A stretch of DNA of 64,000 bases, taken from positions 55,986-119,985 of the IMG/VR virus record IMGVR_UViG_3300044634_002329. One strand, given 5' to 3'. The notes beneath the pieces are model-generated. The model saw only the letters and a program-made list of their open reading frames with translations, made no database searches and was not told where the DNA came from. Positions 21,001 through 33,700 of this stretch are shown here, piece by piece. Within the stretch, counting starts at the first letter, position 1. Each line of letters begins with the position of its first letter. The position numbers and the translations under genes are program-made. Source of the DNA: a virus.

Positions 21001-21781
21001 TACATTACAACAAGCAGCATATAGTAGATTATATGAAAACATGTTTGGAGTAACTCCAACTATACATATTTTCCCAATTGAAAGAGAATCTAATAAAGAT
21101 ACTGAACAAGTTTTAACAGCAGGTAAACCAAGCAACCCTACTTTGTTTAATAATATTCAATATGAAATAGATCCAGAAACCGGAAATTTTGTACTAGATG
21201 CTTTTGGTAATCCTAAATTTACTATATTAGATAAAGGAGTAAATTCAAATAAATTTATACCTTTGTATATAGAGACAGTTCAAGATAGAATTAACTCTGT
21301 AATACCATTAAAAGCAGTGGCAACGGCTACTGAAAATGTAGTTGAGACTCCTGAAACTAATGAAGAAGAAGAAACACCTACAAAAAAGAAGAAGTCTAAT
21401 TTTGTTAATGATAATCAAAATGATCCATATACTGTAGGAACTATGGTATATGATGCAGATGGTAATTCATATCAAATAACAAGAAGATTTAAAAATGGTA
21501 ATGTGACTATTATAGGTTCAGATAAAACAAAGATTAAAATGACTATGAAAGAACTTGAAGAAAACTATAAACTTGAAAATGAAGTTTATAATCCAACATC
21601 ACCTACAGGAGAATACAATCTTACTCCTGAAGAAGATGAAACTCTTAAAAAATCACAAAACACTGTTAATGAATTTATTGATAGTGACACATTAGAAAAT
21701 AAAGCATTTGAAGAAGCTTTAACAGCTAATGAATCTGACATTAAAAATAGTCTATTTAATAAAATTATAAATTGTCAATAA
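15086..21781 (+). CDS. Giant cargo/ejection protein with C-terminal PD-(D/E)XK nuclease-like domain
   Basis: 2231 aa. Gly/Ala-rich hydrophobic N-terminal segments and 'EGVQESLQ'; 'IAGEIDLLIVDKDG..RIVDIKT' and 'QQAAY..L' at ~20850-21030. Confidence 0.7.
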   Translation: MATTNEETFSSLDPLGPEYGNINQPTLDNQGLSAFEGERIRDKQINFPTPQRFTPIAPGLNNLESPNQNVRRNVVNSAPNKPGINKNSSHQDLVNGINAKLRAKIQTNQDKNSYAKIYSYDAGPDANAFYKRYQAYGQETFDKIGFSPLRDNEALFNSRTTMWDDHVRMMKHSFWPLFSQGFTAGPKSLMKMFSGDFTSSDLEESKAYEEAAAIGQSNKGGIGGFTNNLLMNFAYSAGIMTEAVVEEVAGILLAPETLGASLFLTTANNLRKVGKIAKGVDRAIDGMKAVNTTLKSVDNFSSAKKFWESTKALSSSSFNPLKNTLQGFKDAQGTLKIGSEINNFTNLGKAYKTAGGFYKDVRNINMALSEARLEAGTVENKIYDNLYNEYYKEHGTSPDDAQQYEMIKQAKKGAVNTLYWNTALIYGSNTITFPNIVGPKGGLNNFMKNTVKELQTVEGGKFGKLGSIVYDKAKKQFEFQANDFKTYVKNWAKQPVYKSLKSTLGYTKANFTEGVQESLQEIISGANERYYTDSFKSPVIQSHTYAKGISQYNSMTQGDYMMAEAKKQMSSQGLETFASGFFMGTLASPINKSFDFLSVGYNRMFKPEVFQQYKAEKEKIATDTVKKLNEIDMKDFFDTRMFNYGVQDAVSSIKKTGTTKEAHDADHDGFMSQMDMLMRTGTLDVFKDKLKEMQQMSPEEVEENIPTIPKEEAKKYQARIDDTLTKIDRIEKRRDYYNQKFPNPVDIENVDASNVMQYEDDVALHYAWNDAIKHAVYFNETFEDTMQRKKDIVSRYLSKTPLKGMSQIDSEVLFDGNKLNNEIMMLTDEVAALKDLDDPQSKKQLKEKSKKLEAYEILSDASNNFKNFFNRYDNTEKLKAKLQKEKGEKPVTDEELEKALDEQYGEFSEENIGLYYANYANGYKKYLKMISNDDDMLFDQDIQESFILLADHHKLDKESRKLMSYVNLLHDPNGFIQQVERTKEWMKDLYRRRESYYKEMVDRELDNVEDNTLMNALADVGIYMSAEDYANYSDNGIPPKEFVDNVNKMVYKRGTQKYNEIYNEYLEKKDSLKASKVKKKTGTSTLKDTFNKKLEEINKKEQEELNALAKSKTRADVKTFETNSINITDTEFIKSQLEPEQYVELKYPENPKLNKIFFLDKDGVLKYDDVNGVPVDELDADFTQSGAYEATVFKYTEAVDPELKKEIQDKYQKQRDEILKEYNKDITYEGEEGEFTPIPENVTGDQIKKEHANFYQKEILPLFNAYLEKTYPDINDRLNIFEEEENEILTEFIKTPDIQAIIKAYNVKNSPVEDKADYILEFKGVKTDTSKASIDDLKALIIKIENEIESLKNNTTTNFSKNIIELETELTNLRGVIKGRAQKKYTPEQKAAIENVKRLQALNKKSVEAGVVLEQDDTVTGLKKGAIAYRINGKFHRRVSNVVDKLKKEGYNYTSEKDVRDAYAETIEVEGLTNDSVDKFIDELIKRNIAGSDGIFFEKLRSRLKSMVVEPVDVQIKNLQKQIAELNTKIADAKLKDETVKEQQYITAKEKIAEEIIALEMSQPSNDQSDIEAKKAELKKQIEALPDDMIYGAHVTQDQVAQDIFNSQFEYSLGTGLQGTIGLTSKKGLLTLMNNLLDGNSPHRNQFGVFITAWPKSEFGETTINNKVDLDKIESDMLDNYPEMSEGKIPTKFNFGYFKNGKLFTNNDKTVTEEPVTPGQNKTNHDDIVKMLDSNLKVKGVINQVEGSTGVSMSLDYWDKNKKVIFYNHDRTVTPEDYGKEVELRLIPVYQTEDGKVFNNAIEVWQGDRFLGLVAETDYVTPKEEKNLVEDVLELISENTYADSRTAGNYIDKAVKDLFSKGIQPKFVEGAITREAYDSLFGPDGYLTELKNQADNGDIFIASDNLVVWDSDIILPNKAKDRIAGEIDLLIVDKDGTTRIVDIKTGEQRTWNIFNSTQTKENTPVFAKRESFTLQQAAYSRLYENMFGVTPTIHIFPIERESNKDTEQVLTAGKPSNPTLFNNIQYEIDPETGNFVLDAFGNPKFTILDKGVNSNKFIPLYIETVQDRINSVIPLKAVATATENVVETPETNEEEETPTKKKKSNFVNDNQNDPYTVGTMVYDADGNSYQITRRFKNGNVTIIGSDKTKIKMTMKELEENYKLENEVYNPTSPTGEYNLTPEEDETLKKSQNTVNEFIDSDTLENKAFEEALTANESDIKNSLFNKIINCQ

Positions 21782-24700
21782 TGATAACTTGTCCTATTAA
21801 TGATCCAGAAATTGTAAGTTTATTATATAAACTTATTGTAATTAAATTAAATAATTTTTCAAGTAATGAAACATTTGATCATGAAGCTTTTTTAAAAGAA
21901 TTATATGATGAAATAGCTGATAAAACTTCACCAGAAGTAGCAGCTAAATATTTACAGTCTGTACCAAGGTTACTTAGTTTAGCTGCTATTAAAAGGTTTG
22001 AAAATATTGATATTGATACAACTGCATTAAATAAATTAAGTAGAAAATTTAAATCAGAAACTGGTATTGCTGAGATCATTCAAACATATTCTACTGATTC
22101 TGATGAAGAGTTACGTAGAAAAATTAAGGAAAAAGAAGATGCAGAAAATAAAATACCTGTTGAATCAACTAGTGATCAACCTGTAATATTATTACCAACT
22201 AGATTTAAAGCAGCTTCTGCAGCTTCTGGAACTTTACAACAATTTGTAAAAGTTGACCCTAAGAAAAAAGGTCAGCATGATGAAGTAATTATTGAGACTA
22301 TTGATCCTGAATTAGAAACAACAATAAATGTTACTAATAAAATAAATGACTTACAAAATACTACACTACCAGGTGAAGAACTTAAATATCAAGGTAAAAC
22401 ATTAAGATTAAAAGTACAAGATGTTGTTGGTTTTAGAAAAGAATATTCTGATAAATTAAGAAAAAATGATGAAGAAAGTTTAAAAAGAAGTTCTGCTATT
22501 CTTGCACAAGGTAGTAAACTAGGAGATGTTATACCTATAAATGCACAAAGTTTATTAGTAATTACTGATGATAATGGTAATTTCTTATACTTTGATAAAG
22601 ACGGTAACATTACTGATGAAGCTAATGGTAATATTGTATATCAATTTTTAAGACCTGTAAGAAAAGACGGTAAAGAATATACTGTTACTAATGTATATAC
22701 AACTGAAAGTAGTGTTGCAACTCCAGAACAAATTGCTCAACAAACATATGATCAAAATTCAGATATTGATTATGATGCATATGTAAAAGCAATAAAACAA
22801 CAACAACAAGAAGAATTTAAAGCTCTTTATGGCATACAAGAACAAATTAAGTCAGGAGATAAAACAAGTATATTACTCCCTATTACTGGAGTATCATCTG
22901 GTGTACCAAGTAATTTATCAAGTACTATCATTTATTTAAATGAATTATCAAAATTTCCAGGACTTGATATAGCATCAATATTAACTAGTATTAATGTTAT
23001 AACATCTGATACAGCTAGTTTTAAAAAAGGTCAAACAACTGTACGTATTAATGGTGGTGAATTTAAGATTAATAATCCTAGAATGAATGAGGAATTAATG
23101 TCTGAAATTGCCGCTATGCTAATGGATCCAAACCCTCCTGCATCATTAAAACAAATATATCTTAATCAATTTATTGATACAACAAAAGATACAACACGTA
23201 GAATTCAATTTAATTCTATTGACAATACAATTGAATTATATAAAAAAACATCTACTAAAAATTCTTCAGGAACTTATACATTTGGTAAAGTAATTAACCG
23301 TACTATTGATTTAGAAAAACTTAAAAATAATGGATATACTGAACAAGAACGTCAAGATCTTGAAAAAGATATATTACAATATTTAAGAGAAGGTTTTAAA
23401 AATGGACCTACATTAATTAATATCAACAGTAGTTTAATTAAAAATCAAAAAGAATTTATTAGATATAATAGAGATACTAAAGAACCATACTCAGGTGACT
23501 ATTTAGAATTTATATCTTCTTTTCCTGCAGAAATTAATTTGATTAATGCAGATCCAGGTATTTATAATAGATCAATAGAGTTTGCATTTCCAGGAAGTTT
23601 TATTGATGACTTACAAAAAGCTGATAAAAATTTAAATAATACAGAAGGAGAAAACTTAAGCTTTGAAGAAATTCTTAAAAGAAAAGAAGAAGAGGACAAT
23701 AGAAATCCTGTTAAAGTAGAAGCACGTGATATTATTGCTAATTCAAAATCTGAAGAATTTTTAAATAAAGTTAAAAACTATCCAGGTAATACTAATATTA
23801 ATCCAACAGATAATTTTCTACTTGTTGCATACTTTAAAGCAGCTATTAAAGAAAAAAACTATACAAAAGAATTTGCTAATAGTATTAAGAATGAAATTCA
23901 AAGTCTTTTACCATTAAATCCTTTAAGTGTAGAACAAGTTAAAATGATTGAAGATGAGATTGATGCTATTAAAGAAGTACCAAGTCCTTCTCAAACTCAA
24001 GCAGAAATCAAAGATCAGGTAGAAGTACCGGGTGCTCCTGATCCGATAAATAATGCTACTACTAATGGGATGTTTACTGATAATGATATAGATGATGATA
24101 TCTTTAAAGGTTTATTCAGAAGAGGTTCTAAAGATGAAAAGATAGCTAGAGAAAAAGTTATTGCAGCTAGAACATGGTGGAATAGTCCTGAGTTAGCTCC
24201 TTTAAGAAAAGTTATTAGTCTTGAACATGTAGCTAACTTAGTTAACTCTGATGTATATGCTTCTTTTATTACTAATGCTAGTAAAATAGCAAACCCTGAT
24301 GGGACACTTGGTAAGATTACTGCTAATACAGCAAAAGGATCTGTATTTCAAAACTTAACTATTTACCATGAAGCATGGCACGGATTCTCTCAATTGTTTT
24401 TAAGTAAACAAGATAAAATTGATTTGTATGAAGAGTTAAGAAATTATACCACACCTAAAGGTGCAACTCCTTATGCTACTAAATCTTATTTGGAACTAGA
24501 GGAAATGTTAGCAGAAGACTTTAGAAACTATGTTAAAACCGGTAAAGCTAAAGCATCTTCTCCTAAAAGAAATACTTTGTTTAGAAGAATGGTGGAGTTC
24601 TTAAAACAATTATTTGGTAAAGGATTAAAAAAATTCAATAACAAAGATGTTCTTATTAATAGCCTTAATTCACCAATGGCTAAAGAATTATTTGACAAAC

Positions 24701-27700
24701 TTTATATTGGAGATATTAATAAATATACACCTTTAATTGATAACTCTATGTTCTACTCATTAGATAGAGGAGTACCTAGTGTCAATAATAAAAGAAATGT
24801 TGTATTAAGTAAACAAGATTCAACACTTGCTGTATCTTCTATAGATGGTATTTTTAGTCAAATTTTAAATACTATTAATGAAAAAGCTAGAGTTGCAGGT
24901 AAGTCAGGAGCTAAAGGAGCTAATATTGCTGTATTTTTAGAACCATCAAGAAGAGCTGCATTATATGTTCAAGCTAAAAAAGAATTAGAATCTAAATTAA
25001 AAATAGAAAAAGATAAATTAGCTAAAGTAGAAGGTATTGTAAACTTTAGTACATTAACAACACTACAAGAAATTAAAGATAATGCAGCTGGTGTATTTGT
25101 AAACTCAGAAGGTAAGAACAAATTTATATTTTTAAAATCTCAAATTGATGATTTTACAATATTAGAACCTTCATTAAAAGCTAATGGTGATAGAGTTAAA
25201 GGAGAAAAATACCACGGGATTAAAATTGTATCAGACTTTTACAAACATAAAACCATTTTAAATGGTAAAGTTCCTGCTGATATTATGGTTGTAACTTCAA
25301 TGGCACAAGCTGAAGAACAATTAAAAAATTATATTGATGGTAACTCAAAAGCTTATACTAAAGTAATTGATAATAAATTAGAAAATCCAGTATTATTAAC
25401 AGAAGATCAAGAATTTATTCAAGACAATATTAGAATTCTACAAACTATGCTTGACAATTACGGAGATGAAAACTCTGGATTGGTTAAGTATCATATGGAG
25501 AATAGTGACTTTGAAATATCTAAAACTAAATATGAGTTAGATGTTATTGATGAAAACAATGATGAAGCTATTAGTGAAAATGATTTAGAAAATTCAGGAA
25601 GAGATATAGAAACATTTAATGATGTAAAAAAACATAAACAGTCTTTACTTCAAACGATGAGTAAAGAAACTACTATGTTACTTAAAAGTCTTATTAAAAC
25701 AGATGGTAATAATGTTGTTAAAAACAGATTAGGATTTCCTGAAAGAGTTGATTTTATTAAAGTATTTAATATTGTAGCTAAAACTATTGGTGGAGTAAGA
25801 GATAGAGAACTGGCTTATAATTTATTAAAAGCTGAAGCTTCAAAGTTTCCTGAAATTCAACAGTTAATTGATTTTAAATATCCAGATCCTAATACTAAAA
25901 ATTCATATGAATTTGATATTAGTAGACAATTTTTACAAGATTTTGGAAAACCAAAAGTTACTTATAAAATTGTATTAGCTGTACCAGATGAAGAATCAGG
26001 TACAATTGATTTTAAATTAGCAGAAGCATCTTTAGCAATTAGTAATATTACAGGTAGATGGCAAACAGAATTTGTTAGTGCATCACCTAGTAGATATATT
26101 AAGAAAACTCCAGATAATGAATCTGAACTTAATTTACAAAATATACTTACTGACTTTAGTAAAAAAGATGAATTAGTTATAAGTAAAGCATTTGACTTTG
26201 CTAAAGCTATAGGTATTAATCTAACTGTAAATGATAATATCAAATCTGATTTTGATTCTAAATTAGAATACTATGGTATTCCGTTTATGTTTAATATAGT
26301 TAAAGACTTTGCTCAAATAGAACAAGATTTAAACAATCCGGCTACTGCTGCATCTGTGTCATCTGCACAAAAAACATTTCTTAATAAATTTAAAGCTAAC
26401 CCTATTGAAGTTTTAAGAACAGCAGTTCCTATAAATATTTTAACTACCTTTCCTAAAGGTATTAATGAGAATACTCAAATCACTAGATTAGCTGAATTAC
26501 AAGCTAAATACGGATATGACTCAGCAACAACAGGTGTAATTACTGCAGATGGTAATACAGCTTATGAAGATGTTAATTACAGTTTTATGACAGGATTTGT
26601 AGATGCTGTTAACTCTGTATCTAACATAAGAGATTTATGGACTAAGAATGAATATAGCCACATGGCTTATTTAAATCCTAATACTAATACATTTACTAAG
26701 AACTTAAGAATATTAAATGAAATATTTGATATGCATACTGGTGCAAAAAAACCAGGTAAGTCTCTTCAGTTAATGAATGTAAATGGTACTAGTCAAATTA
26801 CAGAAGATGAAAATGGTAACTCAAATACTGAAGGTACTGTTACAGCTGACTTAGATCCAATAGGAAAAGGATTACAAGAATTACATTCTATGTTAGGAGG
26901 AGGTGTCTCTGAGTTTAATAGAATGTCTGAAAAGAAAAATGCATATGGTCTTAAAGTAGTAGGAGGTATTGTTGGTAAAACAGATCCTATTAGTTATGCT
27001 ACCAAAGGAGCAGATACAGACTTATATGTAGATGTAATCCAATTTGCTAATAATGGTAATGGAGAAATCTATGCTATTAATAATCATTTCCTTGGTTATA
27101 TCCAATCTGAATTTGACAGAATAGTTAAATTCAAAGGTAACAGACGTGAAGAGTATTTAAACTTTACAGGATTTAATAACAAAGTAAATGATGTAAACGG
27201 TGTTGAAAAATATGCAGGTGAAGTATTTAATGACTTTGATGATATCCTATCAAAAGATACACAAAATCAATTATATGCTCTTGCTGATCAATATGCAAAT
27301 AGTAATGAAGTTAATATACCTTTAGTACAATATTTAAAAACTAATTCTAAGTTATTAAAAGATATTCAAACAGATATTACTAATTACTTTGATACTGTTA
27401 CAGAAAAATATAAAACACTTTACTTTGATAAATTACCTTATATATCTAAGTCAATACTAGTAAAAGCAGGAGTACCTAAAGAAAAACTACTAACTAGAAA
27501 ACAAGTTGAAGAAGCTCAAGAAGATCCTAAAAATATTCAGACAGTTCTTAAAGCATTTATGTATAATGACTGGATTCATAGATTTGAGGTCTCCTCTTTA
27601 ATGTTTGGAGATAGAGCACAATGGAATCATGGTAAAGAAGAACAACCTAAACGTATTCCAGGAGCACAATCTGATGGTATAGGATTTCTATATGATCAAT

Positions 27701-30700
27701 CTTCAAGAGATTTTATTAATGATGTATTTAATAAAACTACTGAAACATATGGTGCCAAATTAACTAGAGAGTCTGAAGATAATACTAAGTATGATTCATT
27801 TAAATATTCAGATGTACTTAATACTGCAGTTATTAAAGATGCTCAACGTGAATCTATTTATTTAGCAGAATATCAAGCTGCATGGAAAAAAAATTATATA
27901 GAAGTAAACAATTATTCTGAAGAAGAAGCAGATAGATTAGTAGAATTAGATTCAAAACCTTTTAGAAAAGATAAAATGGATGAATCTGATGGTATTGCTT
28001 ATATGACTCTTGATGCATATAGAACATTACATAAAACAGGTAGAGGTTGGTCAGTAGCTCAAGAAGCATTGTATCAAAAAGTTGTAGCTGGTGAAACAAT
28101 TTCAACACAAGATGCTAAAGAATTTTTTCCAATTTACAAATTACATTATTATGGTTCATTAAAAAATGATTTGTTACCAGCTATGGCTATGCATAAGTTT
28201 TCTGTAGCTCCTTTAATTCCAGGTGTGTATCCTGAAACTAGTGAATTAGGAAAACTACATAAAAAAATGTTAAAAGATAATGTTCAATATGTAACATTTA
28301 AATCTGGTTCAAAAGCAGTTACATTAACTAATGGAGGGAATGTAGATAACTTATTTGCTAACAGTAATGAAAACAGTATTAATGAAGATTTTACTTTTAC
28401 TGTTAACCCAATATTCATGGCTAACTTAAAAGAAGTAACAGTTATCAATGAATACTACAAAAAAACATTACCTATTGCTACTCAAACAAGAGTAATCATA
28501 TTAGATAACTTATATAATGATGGTAAATTAACTAATTCAGATAATGCACCGTTAGTTAATGATTATAAAAATGTAGTTAGGGATTATTCAATTGTTTTAA
28601 AAGATGAATTATTAAATAAAATTGGATACTCTCTTAATGAGGATGGAAATTATGAAGGTGACATTACTACTTTTGTACAGGTATTAAGAGAAGAGTTAGG
28701 TAATAGAGATATCCCAGAACAGTTATTAAAATTACTTAACACTACTAAAGAAGGTAAATTATCTATAGATCTATCTTTACATCCTCAAGCAGAAACTATT
28801 GAAAAGTTATTATTAAGTATTATCCAAACTACATTAATTAAACAACAGACTAATGGGGAACCATTAACTCAAATGCCGTCTACATTTACAAATGGTATCT
28901 GGGATGATCAATATAAAACATTAACAAATCCTGCTGATATTGAAAGATTATTAGGAACTAATACTCTTCCTTTTTATAACATTAATAAAACTACAGGTAA
29001 AACCAACTTAATGAAAGTTGCTATTGCTTTACAAGGGGAGTATAAAAATTTATTGAAAGCAAAAGACTTAGATGGTAATGTAATTGGTACTATTGACAGA
29101 TTAAATGAATTAATTAAAGATGATAAATGGTTAGAACAAAACCGTGATGCTATTTCATTGTTTGGACCACGTATTCCTAATGATGCTACAAATACAATTG
29201 AAGGAGCTGAAGTATGGCATTTCTTTAATGAAAGTTTTGGTAATGCTATTATATTGCCTACTGAAATTGTAGCTAAAGCTGGGTCAGATTATGATGGAGA
29301 TAAGTTATTTATGTCAATGCCAAACGTTGATAAAGATGGTAACTATATTAATAAAGGAATTGATAATTATGATGCTTTATTAAAAGAAACTATTGCATTA
29401 GAAAAAGATGGTAAACTAGGTAAAGACAGATTAAAATCAGGTCAATTAATTGAACTTCAAAAAAAATATTTACAAAACTTATATCTTAAAAAATCAATTG
29501 ATCTTTTAACTCTTCCTGATAACTTTGGATATTTAACTAAACCAAATCAAACATACTTAGTTGAAAAGTATGCAGAAGATTTACAAAAATTAGGCACAGG
29601 ATATAATAGATATGAAAGTGCTACTCATGGTAGTCCAAAAAAATCTGTGGGTCCTAAAGATAAACAAAAAGATGTAGTTAGTCCTACAAGACAAAATGAA
29701 ATTAGCCATCAGTTATATTTACATGATGCTAACTTATCTTTAGAGCCTTCATTAGGTGTACAAGCCAACTTTACTAAAAGTCATGTATTATATAAAACTG
29801 TTGGTGTAAATATGCCGGCTACTTATACTACTTCATATACTAACTTTTCAGTTAATAGAGTAATTAAAAGTTTAATTGAGTTGCCTATGGTGATGAGACT
29901 AAAACATAATACTGCAATTAATGAAGCTGGTAAAGAAGTAATATCATTATCTGGAGAAAAAACTCAATTAGGTACTAGAATTACTGATATTAATTCACAT
30001 GCATTAAATGGTATTTTAGATAGAGCTAAGAACTCTTTCCCATTTGATTTAAAACTTGTACCAGAAGCTATTAATACGTTAAACTACATGCTTCAAGCAG
30101 GTGTTAGTGAAGAAGAAATTTTTTACTTTTTAACTCAACCATTAATAGTTGAATACATTAAAGATCAAAAGTTAAGAAAAAGTCCTTACTATAGTATTGT
30201 ATATGGTGAATCTAAAGGTAGTAAAACTACAGCATCTGCAAATGCTATAATTCAAAATATGATTAATGTAAAAGGAGTAGATTTTACTTCATATTTAGCT
30301 GATATTAACTTACTAAAATTAAAAGCTACATTAGAATCTTATGCTGCTTCTGCTAAAAAAAGTAAAGAAGCTTATAATGTAAAATTAAAAGATGAGTCAA
30401 TTTTATACACTCTTACACCAGAAGAAATAATTAATAAAATTAATAACGGTGATATTGATCCAACAACAATAAAAAAAATATTTAATAGTAATGCAAAAGA
30501 TGCATTTGAAGAAGTAACTGAATCAAAAGAATTGTTTACAGATAAAAATTATGCATTTACTACTCAAGCATTCTCAAATGCTTTTTTACCAGAAGGGATA
30601 ATTAATATTGACTTTTTAAAAAAACATATTAAAGATTCTAGTAGTCCTGCTGCCTTAACATTGTTTTTTAATTATTTAGAATTAGAACAACAATATGAGG

Positions 30701-33700
30701 GTATGAGTGAATTAGAAAAAGTATTTAGTCCAGATAAAATTAAATTAACTACAGCTCAACAAGTGATTAAAAGAGAAGAAGCATATAAAAATTTATATGA
30801 AAATAGTAAAGTTGATAAAGCTTCTCTTGAGAGATTAACAAAACAATCTGTTTTATCTTCTTTTAATCAAGATAAACTAATATTAGATTTAGTTACTCCA
30901 TTGTTCCCATTAAGATTAAGTAATGAAATTTCTAGTTACATTACTAAATTATTTAATGATCCAACTGAAAGTCGAAAAATTAGAAATAAGTTTGGGACAG
31001 GTATTGATGGTCAAGAATTCTTTACTAAAAAATATCAAAATGCAATTGTAGCATACATTTATCAAAACTACATGTCTAGATTTGTTAATGCTGATGGTAC
31101 TTTGACTAATATTCCGGAATCTTATAATGGTAAACCAGTACTAGTTAATAATGATATCAATACTAATGTTATTATAGATAAAGATAGTATCATAATTAAT
31201 AGTGATAGAGTTAGAACTGAGTACCAAAGAAAAGTATATTTAAGTGCAAATAAAAATGTAGGATACACAGGTGATAAATTTGCAAAAGATCCTTTTAATA
31301 CTTTAAATAGTTACTATAGATATACAATTGAAAAAGAATTATTAAGAACAAGTATTCCTATTGAAAGTTTAGAACAAAATAAAGATTTTCTTAATTTATT
31401 AAATACTTATAATACTGCAGACGAAGCATATGAATCATATATTTCTGAAAAAGCTTTAGCTAATACTTATAATAGAAGCTACATTGTTGGTACAGCTAAA
31501 TATAGTTATACTGAAAAAGTATTAAATATTATTAAAGAGTTTGAGAATACAAACTTAAAAGATAAATATCCTATACTAGCTCAACTAGCTCCTGTTAAAA
31601 CTAAAAAAGCTGTAAAATTAATTCAGTTAAATGATAAACAAATAGCTAAAGGAGTATTAGGTGAAATATACATTAACAACTTAATTAATTTAGCTAACCC
31701 TATTATTAAAAAAGTTGATGATCCTATTGATAATCAAAGAATTAGTGACGTATTTAAAGATTTTTCTTTAATGATGTTTTATCAACATGGAGTTGGTAAT
31801 AGTAAATTAGGTTTTGTAAATGCTATAGACCCTGAAGTTTATACAGAAAGTATGACTAAGTTTTCTCAACAGTTTTTAAATAACTATTTATCAGATGATT
31901 CATTGACTGATGTTTATAATATGCTAATGGCTCCTGGTAATCTATTTGGTAACTTTGAAATTAAAGATGTAGAAAATGAAAAACCATACTCTAAAGCAGA
32001 TCAGTTAACACCTTTTGAATTACCAGGATCTACTTCTCCTGTGGCTAATATACCACAAAATAAAATATCTGGAGTAGCTTCTTTTGGATCTACAGTTACT
32101 GCAAATGATGAAGTAATTAAAGTACTTGGAGCAAATGCACATTCTATAGATATGATAGAATCTGGTTTAAGAACTAGGACTACAAGAAGTGAATCTGAAA
32201 TGGCAAAATATGCTGTTAAGGTGGGAGATATCATTAAGCATTTTGGTAAGTCTGCTGATGGTTCAACTAAAACTATTTTAGCTAAAGTAACAGCAATACA
32301 TCCTAAAGGAACACCTGGATTTAAAGGTACTTGGAATAAAGAAGGTTGGAGATCTGAAGATGTAAATGTTATAGACAGATTTAAAGATGGTGCTGCAGCT
32401 ATTGAGTTTGAAATAATTAATAATAATCAAACACCAGGATCTACTTCTGTTAATAAAAAAGTTATTAAAAATGAAAAAGGTTTAATTATTATTAATAATG
32501 CAATTCCTACAGAAAAAACTATTGATATTGTAAAAAATAATAAAGATTTTATTCAAGAAACATCTTTTAAACAAACAAATGGTTCAGTATCTTGGGGTTA
32601 TGGTATGCAATGGATTAGAAGTTCTGCATTAACAGATAAACAAAAACAAGGTGTTCAAATAGGAAAACAAATTGGTGGACAAGAAGTAACAGAAGAAATG
32701 GTAAATCAACTTCTTGCTGGAACTGAAGCAAAGAAAATTAAAGGAATGCCTTTATATGTATATACTAATATTGATATAAATGGAAATAGATTACCTAATA
32801 TACCTAATGAGATAATAGAAATACTGTTAGAACAAGGTATTGATGTATCTCAATATGATGCAAGTTATAATTCTGTATATGATAAAAATGACAAAGGAAG
32901 TCTTATTGTTCATCAGGATAATACAGAATTTAACACATCTCCTATTATTACTGTGTCTTTAGGTAGACCAATGAAATTTATTACATATCAATTAAAAGAT
33001 TCTAGTAATTATTCATTTGGTACAAATGCTAAAAATAGATATGAATTAACATTAAATACAATATCTAATAAACTTGTAGCTGGTAAATTAGCTCCTGAGT
33101 TAAAAAGACAAAAGAATTTTAAAGGTGATGAAGTTATAGGTTATGGTGAACTTACTCCAGGTAATTTAGCTAAATATGCTAAAATGGTTGGAGAAGAATC
33201 TGCAGCATTAGATGCATTAGCTAATTCAATAGAAAAAATTGAAGAACATACTTTAACTAATGGAGCTGTTTTAGTATTCTCTAAAGAAAATAGAAATGTA
33301 TTTCATGAAATTATATTTGATGAAGAAACAGATGCATTACCTATGCCTAAAGGTTTTCCTGAATTAACTATTAATAAAGCTTATAAAGGTTTAGGTAAAC
33401 CAGATCAAATGGTTAAAACTAAAGACTATAGAGTTGTATTAACACTTAGAAAAGTTAACGGCACTAAAGAATTAGATGTAGTTGATACAAATAAACTTAC
33501 AGCATCTCAACCTACACAAGTTCCTACACCTATTCAACCTATAAGTGATATTGATAATAGTAATAAACCTGTATTAAATAGTCTTCCTAATAAGTCATCT
33601 ATCCCAACTATGACTTATGCGGGTATTGGATCTAGACAAACCCCACAAGAAGTTCTTAATAAAATGACTGAAGTAGCTAAGTATTTAGATGGCTTAGGTT

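Noticed and set aside
21772-21780. TTG start for the RNAP gene given by the ORF track
   Set aside because: ATG at 21781 overlaps the upstream TAA (TAATG), the coupling pattern used elsewhere in this genome.
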